From the NCBI RefSeq assembly GCF_001194135.2, contig NC_068984.1, positions 39,597,113 through 39,661,112 on the forward strand: DNA of 64,000 nt, given 5' to 3'. Under the pieces are notes generated by a model. That model did not search any database, was not told the DNA's origin, and saw nothing but the letters and a program-made list of their open reading frames with translations. The translations under genes were made by a program, and so were the position numbers. Shown here in pieces: positions 27,701 to 39,699 of the stretch. The first letter of the stretch is position 1. Every line of letters starts with the position of its first letter. This DNA is from Octopus bimaculoides (lineage: Eukaryota).

Positions 27701-28224
27701 ACTTTTCGTAGAGCCCCCAAATTCGGGTCTGATCCGCAGTGTTTCTTAACCAACGCTTGTTCAACAGTTTTACATCGAAATAATCTAGATGGAAAACGCG
27801 ATTCACCAACAGAAGATTAAATTATTGGAAACTCTTTCAATCAGTTTCTCACGATTACAGTTTAATAGCAGCATCACTACAATTTGAACTCGTGATCTCG
27901 CCTACTATTCTCCAGGTTCGTCGTCAGAGAAAGGTAATCAATTGTTCCCCTGCTCAGCCAAATCATTATGATCGGATGCAATACTGTCTAGATACACAAC
28001 CATAATCACGTTGTCATAGAGAGACCCAGCCGAATCGACATCCGACCAAAGTAAGGAGGTTTTAAGAGTCAGAATCAGAGTTTACAACTAAGCATGCAAA
28101 ACTGGATAATACACAGCAACTTAGAATCCTCATGAACCAGCTCATAACAATCAGGTCAAGTCGAGTTGTGAGAATGTCATTGCTTGATGAATACGTTCTA
28201 GAATCCTAACACAACGAAGAAGAC
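24790..28224 (+). mobile_element. decayed Ty3/Gypsy LTR retrotransposon internal region (gag-pro-RT-RNaseH-integrase)
   Basis: Possible PBS TGGCGA at about 24789; protease-like APLDIGSD (about 25545); RT IIDLKETFH, MPFECTVAIFQRIMD, TYC*IDDIIIGG, IHFLGHVI; RNase H ETDASD; integrase TTPYDPQRNDQYERMN; purine tract GAAGAAGAC before TG at 28225. Domain order is Gypsy-type; many stops and frameshifts. Confidence 0.85.
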
Positions 28225-28627
28225 TGTTGTGATGGTGCTTCTAAGTCATCATTCACTGCGGTCCTGTACTTCCTGTCTTCATTCCAAATTATATAAATTT
28301 CTTAGCAAACTGTTATAATGTGGATCCTCCTCCACTTGTATATTGTCGGCACTGTAACATTCTTGTCGCCACTATTATGTTGTGGCGGTATTCCGCGTGT
28401 TATTATATTTGATTCGTCTATCGCGCTATTGCTTATAGCTCCGCAAGACAACGACTTTGAAACGTTTATCTTGACGGTAACTCGAACTCGTATATATCAT
28501 GTAACAGGCGCTGACTCCAACCAAGAACTCGTACTGCTACTGACCTACAACAACTGATTGTCTGACTTTATAGTGGCTCCTTCATACCACTTTGTCACGT
28601 GGGAAGGAGTGTATCATTGTCACTACA
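28225..28627. mobile_element. LTR-like segment(s) between two convergent Gypsy relics
   Basis: Starts TGTTGTGA and ends TCACTACA (7/8 inverted match); a purine tract abuts each end on opposite strands. Confidence 0.5.
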
Positions 28628-29997
28628 TCTCTACTTTTAGTTTTTTTCTTTGAGAAGCAAGTAATTTTATTTTACTTTATTCACCTCTCCTCCCTTTTTA
28701 ACGTTTTTTTATTTTATTTTCCAACTTAATATTTTTTCTTTTTTGGCGTCTATTTGTAGGAACTCTGTGTTCTTTTTTCTTCCACTTGTACGCGTAGGTT
28801 CAATCAGCTGTAACGGTGTTGGTACCTGAAATGCGCCATCTCTAACGGTGTTAGTGCCTGAAATGTGTCATACAGTCATTCCCTAATTTCTAATTTGTCT
28901 GGTTCATTTTCTATGAATCTCTTCTTCAATTGGTTTCTGTGTCTTTTTTCTTTCTGCTTTTGATTCCGTACATCATTTTTCCTATGTACTTCGTAATTTT
29001 TCCTTCTTCCCAGTATTGCTTTCCTTTTTTATACAACCTCATGTACATCTTATCACCAAGTTTGAAAAGTTTTGGATTGTCTTTCATGGTACCTTTTCTT
29101 TCCTCGCCAGGTAACAGTTCGTCAAAAACTGGTTTCACCTTCCTCGTGAACATCAGTTTTGTTGGTGAGCTTCCTGCTGGTGTATTGGGGTTCGGTGTCA
29201 CCCTGTATACCCTTAGGAATTGCTGCAGAGCGACTTCGCCTGTAGCCTCCTTGTTTGATTTTCTCAAAGCTCTTTTAAAAGTGTCCACAAAACGCACTGC
29301 CTGTCCATTTGATCTGGGATGGTAAGGCATTATCGTTTTATGTTCTATTGTGAATATTTCACAGAATTTTCTAAATTCACTGGACACAAATTGTGTTCCA
29401 TTATCAGATACATCCACGTCTGGGATGCTAAATCTTGTGAATAATTCGTGCAAAATATTTATTACCGGCTATTTTATAAAACTGTCATCTACTACTAACG
29501 GACCCTCAAAATCGATGTATGGTCTTGTCCATAGACTTTTTACTTCTGGCCAAGGCTCCCATTTTTGAGTAGGCAATTTCATTACCAGATCACATCTTTT
29601 GCTGCCTTTTACTACGTTTTCAACTTCCTTGTCCATCTTCAGCCAACACACATAACTACGCATAAGCGCTTTCATCCTTACGATCCTCGGAAGTCCAATA
29701 TGAATTCTTTTAACATTCTTTTTTTGTAGAGTCTCAGGTATCACTACCCTTTGGCCATACATCAGTATCCCGTCGCATGTTGAATATATGTTTACATCTT
29801 GTTTTTTTCGTAAGTGTACCGGTTTATTTACCAGGCTGAACGAGAAATTGGAATTCAGTTCATTTCTCGTTACCAAGATAAGATTCCGATGCCTCATAAA
29901 AGTCATTTTCTGTATTTATGCCATTTCTATGAAGCAGCCTGGCAAAATAAATGAAGGTAACTATTTTTGCAATATCTTCTACAGTATATTTTCTATG
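28628..29997 (-). mobile_element. second Ty3/Gypsy relic: integrase region and PPT
   Basis: GLPRIVRMKALMRSYVCW...WTRPYIDFEGP and VSDNGTQFVSSEFRKFC...PYHPRSNGQAVRFVDTFKRAL (integrase zinc-binding and core); PPT-like AAAAGTAGAGA then TGTAGTG on the minus strand. Confidence 0.88.
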
Positions 29998-31239
29998 GTT
30001 GATATTGATAAATTGAACAACGTTCAATTTATTGCATTGTAGTGAGGATGCTGCTGAATTTTGAAGCATCGCTGTCAGACTTTCCCAGCTCAGGAACCAC
30101 GACCTATCCTATCACTATAAAAGACAAAGTGTCACCATAAAAAGCATTAACGCCCACTCGAATATGACTCGCCGAATCAGCACTGACCGACTTGTTACGG
30201 TTGATGCGGCGAACTTCAAAGGAAGTGTGCGAGTTTTCCCGCCAAATAGTTTAATTGAAGGTTCTTGAAAATTTCGCTTACGGTTATAAAAATCTGATGA
30301 ATTCGACCTTAAATTAGAACCACTCAATATTCTACACGAAAATGTCGCCGCTCTTCTCTGTGTGGTGATCTCTCGCTCTATTTCATTTTTTATCTCGCTT
30401 AACAAGCTGGTGTCGTATTCGTCAGAGGGCACCAGCTACGTATTGTAGTGTTGCGTCACGTACATTGATGATATGCATTAGTTTTAATTCTTTCTCCTTT
30501 ATTTCGCCTACAAGCTACTTTCATGATATTATCTAACATCTACTACAGAAGATTCCCGGCTGTTATGTTCGTTGTTTCATGAACGTTGTTCAATTTATCA
30601 ATATCAACACATAAATATAAACGATGCGGATTAAATGCGATATATTAAAACTCAGTAAGTAATATTAGTGTAGTTATTCTTGTCTTCACACGCAGCCTAT
30701 CTAATATTGTGAACTACTAACGAAGAATTTATGATCAAGTACCAGACTAAAGTTAAATACGTTGTTCCTCAATTTAGATATATTACCACTTGTGAATTCT
30801 AAAAGTTAAAATATTTCTGTTGATTCTAGTAACCAAAAACGTGAAACTGTATAACAGTGCTTTATACTAAATTTTGTTTCTCTTTTTTTTTTTTTACAGA
30901 ATTTCTACATAAAAGTCTTTTAGTACCAATCTCTTATACAAGATAAAACATTGGCATACAAGCAATCTCTCGATGACAAGCTTCGACACCAAACGACAGA
31001 TCTACCAGGGCACTTGACCTGCAAGAAATAGCATCTAAATTCCCCTTAAATCACGCCTGATATCTTAAATATGAATACATTGGCTATTGTAGTCCTATAT
31101 ACAAGATGGCACATTAAAAAATTGACACGTAGAAATTTCGAAAATTTGCAATTGCGTGGAAAGTGACTAATATTTTTCTATACAAATCATTTCCAACTGA
31201 TATGATTTAAATAAAAAAAAAGACTAAATTCTAGCATGG

Positions 31240-31480
31240 TCTTGCTCTTGAAAAACCAAACCTATTCCTATACAGATATTCGTCTCACTCTGACGACGCT
31301 CCTTCACCATTATTGACAGTTATTCTTTTTAGCAGCGTTTTCATCCTTTTACCAGAATGCCACAATATTATTAATCTTAGACGCACCAGTAACGACATCG
31401 CAAGAATGATTTACGGTCAGGTGCGTATAATTCAGTGCATACCATTCATCAGTAATCACAGTGACTCCCAGAACAACCTA
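31240..31480 (-). mobile_element. Merlin (IS1595/ISXO2-like) DDE transposase relic
   Basis: VVLGVTVITDEWYALNYTHLTVNHSCDVVTGASKINNIVAFW* then GASSE*DEYLYRNR; matches the Merlin motifs IxTDxW..Y.HxTVNHS..F....NxIEGxW and YLDEFxWR. Confidence 0.7.
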
Positions 31481-32188
31481 TTGCTGAAGTATTAATATCA
31501 ATTGTTGCACTACGATCATTAACATATCTAATATAACCCTTCTTCCTAGTTATCATCCTATATTCCAAAACCATGAAATTGTTTAATCAGACATTTTTGA
31601 TTATAATTTTTTTTAACATTAAAGACTCGTGCATCTAAACTTCTTCACAGTATGAATTGAGAAAGTTGTAGAATTCTTGTGAGACTGTGTTGTTTAGACT
31701 GGAAGACATAAGATAGTGTCAGCTTATGCAACAGTCTCTTTCGAAGATGTAGTTGTTGATAGCGAGCTGGAAGAATGCCAATTACGATATGCGTAATAAT
31801 TAATCAGGACAAGAAAGGGTATATTTTCACTTTAAGATATAAGCTGTTGCAAGCATGTATATTCTAGTTTTCTCGAAGTCCAATTTAAAGTCATTTGAGA
31901 TTTCTCAGCAAATTTTCTGCTTGTGATTCTTGTGACAACAATGGGATTTCTCAATACCGTTCAGTTCCTTGGATGCTCTTGTCCAAAATCACAGGATGGA
32001 GTAGGAGAAAGAGGAGAGAAAATAGTAATTCGGTGAAGGAGAAGTAGTGAGAGTTGTAGCCTTGATTGAGAAAGTAATAGCAATGGAAAAAGGAAGGGGT
32101 GATAGATGAATAAGGAAGGTAGGGGTGAAAAAGAACAGCTTTTCCATTGTGTAAGTGTATGTGTGTGTATGTAAAAGGAGGTATGTGA

Positions 32189-32239
<51 letters not shown>

Positions 32240-32440
32240 TGCGTGCGTGCGTGCGTGCATGCGTGCGTGCGTGCATGCGTGGGTGCGTGCAGTGGATATG
32301 GGATGGTGAACGTTCAACGCTGAAAAGAAAAATCAAGCAGCATTTCAACACTGAGTATATATGTGTATGTGTGTGCATGTACAAGGGAAGTATGTGAATT
32401 TTTGTATCTGTGATTATTATGTACCATATTTTATACCTTA

Positions 32441-32496
32441 TCTATATATAAAATGCTACAATTAGCCATCATTTTTGGCGGCACGGGGTCAGCTAG
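32441..32496 (+). mobile_element. 56-bp Helitron-like remnant (both termini)
   Basis: A|TCTATATATAAAA ... GGCGGCACGGGGTCAGCTAG|T; 5' end like that at 37097, 3' CTAG before T. Confidence 0.4.
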
Positions 32497-33409
32497 TATG
32501 TCAGTAATTTGTTATCTACCAGAATCATCACAGTATGAACTTTTAGCAATAAACTGAAAGGTACGATTGCAAAGTCGAGTGACTAAGATGAGAAGTGTAG
32601 TTGCTCATTTTTGATTCATCTTCTGTGTATAATTAAAAGCTTGTATTTAATGCGACAGTTCAAAGGAAAATAACGGAGTGACATTAAAAAGTTCTATTCA
32701 GAGTAATATGTGTTGAAAGAGAAGCAAGTATATCATCGTGAAATTGCTGAGTGTGCTAGTGTACACAGCTCTTTTGCAGTTCAGTATTTTAAGCGTAACT
32801 GTGAGACGCTACCGAATTCAATTGCCTGACGTTAAGGTTCGCTGCCCATGACGCTAAGTTCCTGACTTTTATTCTGTCTGTCACTTTCTGTCTTTCTACT
32901 CAGATTTGGTCTCGCTTTTTATACACTCTATACGCTCCAGATCAAATCTGATTGGACAGATCTATGGTGACGTAATCATCAGCCATCTGTGAGTTGTTTA
33001 CATAAAATTTTATTAGCTAGAGTTTTGCTTAAGTCATTGTTCAATCTGTCAAAATTCCAGCTGTTGTTTAAAAAAGTCCCGGGTTCTAATCAAATTGTAG
33101 ACCTGCTATAAACTTAATTGCCGTAAAAGTGACGTTATGAATATGGTACATACTAAAGCAAAATAGTCTTATTTTCAGATTATTAAAACATATAAAGGTG
33201 CCAAATAAACACACACAAACAGATTTAAACACGTGATACCGAGACTCAGTAGTAAATTGGTTAACATGACTGGAGACAAAGGACTTGGTTTCTTACAAAC
33301 CAATAATTTCTGTCTATTGTAATTATTTTGTTAGTTCTTACTACGACATTGTTTTATATGAATTTAAGTACATCTCTCCTTTCTTGTGTGTGTGTGCGCG
33401 CGCGCGTAC

Positions 33410-33447
<38 letters not shown>

Positions 33448-34809
33448 ATGGTTGCTACGAAATAATCTATTTGCTTCTTGAAGTAAAATAAAAGAACTAT
33501 AGTATTTCGACATTGCGTAACTATTTATTATATAAAATAAATAAATTATAGAAATTAGTGACACTATCGCCATAGTAACAATAACTGTTACTTTACTTGC
33601 TGTTGGCGCCCCTGAGTAATTGTTCTCAATAATTTGTTCTCTATAATAGATTAATTTATATTCCTTCACGTGTACACTATTGTATATCTTATCTGTCTCT
33701 AAATGCGATCACTAAAGGCGAAGTAATGAACTGACTAGCCTGTTAATCCAGCCACCTACCCTAAAAATAAGAAATAGAAAGAATAAGATAGATAGGGAAG
33801 AATGAAGTGGAAGTGAGGAGAAAGCGGTAGAGAGAAAACAATTTCGCAGGCGAGATTTTGAGGAGGCAACTGGCGCATCGTTGCTTAACTTGATGAAAAT
33901 ATTTGCTAAAATGTTTACAAATTATACCCTACAGTCTTAAATAAACGTTATAGTGATATACAAACTTCTGACATACAAACTACTGGATTGTCTTTCATCA
34001 TAGTTTAGTTTTGCTCGACTAGGATTAGGAATACACAACAACAAAGTTATTTCGAGGCAATGAGGGAAGGCCTCTCTGACCTGCTAGATATCACGGACTA
34101 TTTTCCCGCAAATCATAGCTTTCCATCTTAATTTGGCACATTATTATACGAGGATATTAAGGAGCTAAGTTTCATGGCGATGTCAAAATCCTTTATATAC
34201 ATACATACATACATACATACATACATACATACATACATACATACATAAAACTTACCTGAAAAAGGATGCGTGATGTTCGATCATATAATAATATAAATAA
34301 TATATAAATATATGCATATATACATACATATATGTACATACCTACATATATATGTATATATGCATATACATGCATATATGGGTACAGGATATTAAAAAAA
34401 CGTAGACACAATGAGAAACGAGAACATAAAAAACAAAAACAGAAAACGAACATTTTTTCGAACAACAACAAAAAAACAAACAAACAGAGAAACGAGACAT
34501 GTAACATAAAGAACATTCCCTTCATCAGTTGTCCCCTGTTTTATCTACTCCGCGTTTCGATGGTAAGGACAAGACGCAACTTCGTTAAGACAGTCCTTCC
34601 CACAAAGCAAATTAAATAAAATTTGGGATTTTTTGCGAAGGGTGAAAGTGGTAACAAAAACAGGACAGTGAGAACAAAGCAGTAAAAACAAATGGTAAGG
34701 GCTGTTAAGCGAAGACGATGTGAAGTGGTGAACGCTGGAAAAACGAGCTTTGAGAAGAGACAGATAAAAGCACGTCTTGTCTTTAGGAAGGAAGTGGAAG
34801 AAAGAGAGA

Positions 34810-35233
34810 TGAATGGCCGTTGGTCACTTAAAGTGGAGGAAAGTTATGGAAGAGGGAAATCCAGGAAGACATGGGACGAAGTATTGAAGGCCGATCTCAA
34901 AACACTGAGTCTTATGAAGGAGATGGCAGAGGAGATATGTGGCACATTGCTGTACTCAAGAAGATCCACCCACCACAGCAAAATTGATATCCTAAAACCA
35001 AAGGGCCAAGTAAAAAGCATTGGTGTTGGTGTTGGTGCTGGTACCATGAAAAAAGCACTGGTTATGGTACCACGTAAAAAGCATCCAGTACACTCCATAA
35101 AGTGGTTAGAATTTGGAGAGGTAGCCATCTGTAGAAACTAAGTCAAAACAGACTAGGGAACCTGATGCAGCCCCTGCCTTGTCAGTTCCTGTCAAGCCGT
35201 CCAACCCATGTCAGCATGGAAAATGGACGTTAA

Positions 35234-35269
<36 letters not shown>

Positions 35270-35279
35270 GTGATGATGA
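34810..35279 (+). mobile_element. RTE LINE 3' end with 3' UTR and (GAT)n tail
   Basis: WSLKVEESYGRGKSRKTWDEVLKADLKTL; 3' UTR ending gtccaacccatgtcagcatggaaaatggacgttaaa(tga)n. Confidence 0.8.
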
Positions 35280-35506
35280 TATAGGATTTTGAGCTCCTGA
35301 TTCACGACTTCGCCTCTCGTAAACGTTCACATGCTGACTTTGGAAATGTATGTCCAGCTATCGCAGAGGGAAGTATTAGTGCTTGTTCCTTTGGATATGA
35401 AAAGCATAGAGCATGATATTCCTCAGCTAAAAGATATTGTTTGACGTACTAAACTTAGGCTTTTTTCTTGAATTGCATCTGAATGAGCTTAATATTAAAC
35501 TACGAG

Positions 35507-36160
35507 AAGGTGGCGAACTGGCAGAAACATTAGCACGCCGGGCGAAATGCTTAGCGGTATTTCGTCTGCCGTTAGGTTCTGAGTTCAAATTCCACCGAGG
35601 TCGACTTTGCCTTTCATCCTTTCGGAGTCGATAAATGAAGTACCAGTTACGCACGGGGGTCGATGTAATCGACTTAATCCGTTTGTCTGTCCTTGTTTGT
35701 CCCCTCTATGTTTAGCCCCTTGTGGGCAATAAAGAAATAAGAAATGTTAGTACCCCAGGCGAAATGCTTAGCAGTATTTCGTCTGCTGGTACGTTCTGAG
35801 TTCAAATTCCGCCGAGGTCGACTTTGCCTTTTGTCCTCACGAGGTCGATTAAATAAGTACCAGTTACGCACTGGAGTCGATATAATCGACTTAATCCGTT
35901 TGTCTGTCCTTGTTTGTCCCCTCTGTGTGTAGCCCCTTGTGGGCAGTAAAGAAATAAGAAACGTTAGCATGCCAGGCCAAATGTTTGACGGTATTTCGTC
36001 CGTCTTTACGTTCTGAGTTCAAATTCCGCAGAGGTCGACTTTGTTTTTCTTCCCTTTCGGGGTCGATAAAATAAGTATCTGTTGAACACTGGAGTCGATG
36101 TAATCGACTAGTCCCCTTCCTTGAAATTGCTGGCCTTATGCTAAAATTTGAAATCATTAT
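35507..36160 (+). mobile_element. head-to-tail trimer of SINE family A (217-bp period)
   Basis: AGAAA(C/T)(A/G)TTAG recurs at 35523, 35740 and 35957; each unit has B box GAGTTCAAATTC. Confidence 0.85.
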
Positions 36161-37096
36161 TAGGGTACTGTATTGATAAATATCAATAGAGCGTTACGTC
36201 TCTTTCTCAGTTCAAATCCTACCGATTGATAAAATATCATTAAAGTATTAAGATCGCTCTAAAAACTATATCCCTCCCCACAATATTGAAGTCTTGTGTC
36301 TGTGCTAGAAATCAACATCATGGTTAGAACGGTGACTTGATGGAAATAGCAGAACTGCAAGCAAGATGACTGCCTACATTTAGTTCTGAGTTCAAATCTC
36401 GCTGTAATCAACTTTGCCTTTCATTTTCCAAATGTGCGCTTTTGTGCCTATGTTAGAAATCAATAATATTATAATTCACAAATACTAATTCGATTGCTAT
36501 TTTCGACAATACCATTGGTAACAAGAAGCGATAAATATGATTTGCATGGTTCAAGTAATGTGCCTAGAATCACGATTTGGAGAAATGTTTTGTTAAATGA
36601 GTGAAACATTTTAAATGCTTTCTTCATCTCTCTCTCTCTCTCTCTCTTCGGCAATTCCTGTTTAACTATTAGCATTTTGATCAATAATTTCAATGTATAC
36701 AAGTAATGGCTGGATGATCAGAAGAATTTCCAGGCGAATGCTTCGTCAGTAGCACTTCATTTTCATTTTCCCAACAATAAATAGCCTCTAAAATGCTACA
36801 CGTGTGTTTGGGTGTGGCTAAAACTTTTTTCTGAAGGCTGCAATACTGTTGACTGTTGATTGATTAAATGTTGATATCAGGATACAATGTGAGCAGTTTT
36901 TAGCACTTAGGTGTGTTCACCATACAGTTATCTTGCTAGTGTTCTGCTTATTGCCTATCACTTCGACTAGGTCTGATAATCTCAGCTATTTATTTAAAGA
37001 AGCAACGAACCAGTTTTTAGATCATTTAACAAATTTCTTTACGCACAAAGCCGTCTTTGATTTTCATTGCTTGTCAGCGAGCTTCTTCCCTGGTAA

Positions 37097-37421
37097 TCTA
37101 TATATATAAAAATGAGAATGTGTGTCTGTCTGTCTGTCTGTCTGTCTGTGTGAATCCCTAAAACTCGAGAACTACGCAACCAATTTCATTCAAATTTTAC
37201 ACATGCCTTACTTAGGGTTCCAGTTGTGTTTTAGTCAAAAAAATTATTAACTTCTTGCAGACTTCGAGCACACGGCAACATAATATCTCCTCCACTATTT
37301 ACGTATTACGTGTCAAAAGTGAAACAAAAACACTCATGTCAAATACTTTCACTTTAAAAATGAAACTATTCCACTAACTGAAACAATCATATTTCGATAC
37401 TGTAGTGACAGATACTTTCAC

Positions 37422-37464
<43 letters not shown>

Positions 37465-38568
37465 TATATGTATACNNNNNNNNNNNNNNNNNNNNNNNNN
37501 NNNNNNNNNNNNNNNNNNNNNNNNNNNNNNNNNNNNNNNNNNNNNNNNNNNNNNNNNNNNNNNNNNNNNNNNNNNNNNNNNNNNNNNNNNNNNNNNNNNN
37601 NNNNNNNNNNNNNNNNNNNNNNNNNNNNNNNNNNNNNNNNNNNNNNNNNNNNNNNNNNNNNNNNNNNNNNNNNNNNNNNNNNNNNNNNNNNNNNNNNNNN
37701 NNNNNNNNNNNNNNNNNNNNNNNNNNNNNNNNNNNNNNNNNNNNNNNNNNNNNNNNNNNNNNNNNNNNNNNNNNNNNNNNNNNNNNNNNNNNNNNNNNNN
37801 NNNNNNNNNNNNNNNNNNNNNNNNNNNNNNNNNNNNNNNNNNNNNNNNNNNNNNNNNNNNNNNNNNNNNNNNNNNNNNNNNNNNNNNNNNNNNNNNNNNN
37901 NNNNNNNNNNNNNNNNNNNNNNNNNNNNNNNNNNNNNNNNNNNNNNNNNNNNNNNNNNNNNNNNNNNNNNNNNNNNNNNNNNNNNNNNNNNNNNNNNNNN
38001 NNNNNNNNNNNNNNNNNNNNNNNNNNNNNNNNNNNNNNNNNNNNNNNNNNNNNNNNNNNNNNNNNNNNNNNNNNNNNNNNNNNNNNNNNNNNNNNNNNNN
38101 NNNNNNNNNNNNNNNNNNNNNNNNNNNNNNNNNNNNNNNNNNNNNNNNNNNNNNNNNNNNNNNNNNNNNNNNNNNNNNNNNNNNNNNNNNNNNNNNNNNN
38201 NNNNNNNNNNNNNNNNNNNNNNNNNNNNNNNNNNNNNNNNNNNNNNNNNNNNNNNNNNNNNNNNNNNNNNNNNNNNNNNNNNNNNNNNNNNNNNNNNNNN
38301 NNNNNNGCTCCACAAGGGAAAACAAGGAACATAGTTTACAATGAGGTGTTATAATCACAACAGCAAGAAAGTATGTACATGATCACCTTCTTTTACGAAA
38401 CTTCATTGACTTTCATATATTTATATTGATATACATATATATATATACGTGTGTTTGGGTGCGTGTGTGTATATACATCTCTATATATAAAGATGATGCG
38501 TAGTCTAGACGGCGTTTTTAGATTTCATTATTCTCTTTAACCCGGGCAACGCCGGGTATTTCTGCTAG
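37097..38568 (+). mobile_element. non-autonomous Helitron (spans an N gap)
   Basis: A|TC start, (TGTC)n near the 5' end, 3' hairpin CCCGGGCAACGCCGGG (38541-38556) and CTAG|T end at 38568. The two ends may belong to different copies because of the gap. Confidence 0.75.
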
Positions 38569-38700
38569 TATTAAATAAAATATAAAGTAGCTTATAAAAT
38601 ACTTTCTAAATGCAAGAATAAGTATTTGTATTTGCTTCAGTATGAGAATATGTCTGTGAAAAGCGTTCGGCTACCTGTTATATTCTTGAGTTAAAATCAG

Positions 38701-38909
38701 TTTCAAATTTTGGCATAAGGCCAGCAAGTTCGTGGGAGGGGTAAATAGATTACATCGACCCAAGTCCTCAATTAACGCTTCTTTTAGCAATCTCCAAAGG
38801 ATGAAAGGCTGAGTTCATCTCGGCGGAATTTGAACTGAGAACGTAAAAACGGACGAAACGCCACTAAGCATTTTACCCGGCGTGCTAACAACTGTCAGCT
38901 CGCCAACTT
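38701..38909 (-). mobile_element. tRNA-derived SINE family A, diverged
   Basis: Colinear with 16938-17150. Confidence 0.75.
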
Positions 38910-39223
38910 TCCTTGGATTAGTATTAAGATATAAGTCTAAGTATAAAGATTCAGAGTTTTCAGCGTGCAAGAATTTTTTTCTTGGGACTCTCAATGTTAG
39001 CATGAGCTAGGAGTAAAATCCAGTGCTGTAATTCGTAATCAAAAGACTAATTTATATACACACACACAAGCACACACACACGCACACACACACGCACACT
39101 CACACACATGCTTTTATAGCCATTTTTAAATTTATTAATCCTTCGCTATATCTAGATTATATAGAAAAGAAATTCTATATAAAAATAATCATTTGTAAAC
39201 AAGTATGAAATGGTAGCATGTAC

Positions 39224-39294
39224 CAGTGGCGTAGAGCGGGGTTTGACTATCCTGACTAATCAGCACACGCCACACACTCCACGTTACGTCACTG
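39224..39294. mobile_element. 71-bp hAT-type mini-MITE
   Basis: TIRs CAGTGGCGTA / TACGTCACTG (9/10); flanks GCATGTAC / GTATGTTC (6/8, decayed 8-bp TSD). Confidence 0.55.
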
Positions 39295-39699
39295 GTATGT
39301 TCCTTGCTTCGCTAATGGTTTTACGAACGTATGTAGTTGTGTTCATGGACATTCTCTGGATCCTCCCTCAGCAGAAGTTTTAATGTTATGGGGGAGGGGC
39401 TTTACATCCAACAACAGTATGATAACATCCGACAAGGGTCAAAGAATTCTCGTACCCTTGCAAAGAACTCCAGCTTGAGGCCTTGATAGCCCAAATGGTG
39501 GAGTTATGACGTGGAGTCCTTTAAAATGAGTCTGAAAGTGAGTCCTCTTTCCACCAGAAATGAGGTGTGTGTAATCACCGATATCTTTGTCAATGTGGTT
39601 GTTCCATGGCAGATTACTACAAAGATTTTCCAGGCTATGCCGTAGACTTTTAGAGTAATGGGGGTTGAAAATTAGGGGGGCGTTATATACATGCATGAT

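Noticed and set aside
34500-34600. Minus-strand CTTAACGAAG...CGAAACGCG and CTGATGAAG, possible Penelope-type hammerhead
   Set aside because: Core box mutated, no helix II and no cleavage triplet in register; probably a repeat terminus, but unsupported as a ribozyme.
39439-39696. Possible CR1-like fragment (LPWNNHIDK)
   Set aside because: Similarity is limited to a few residues.
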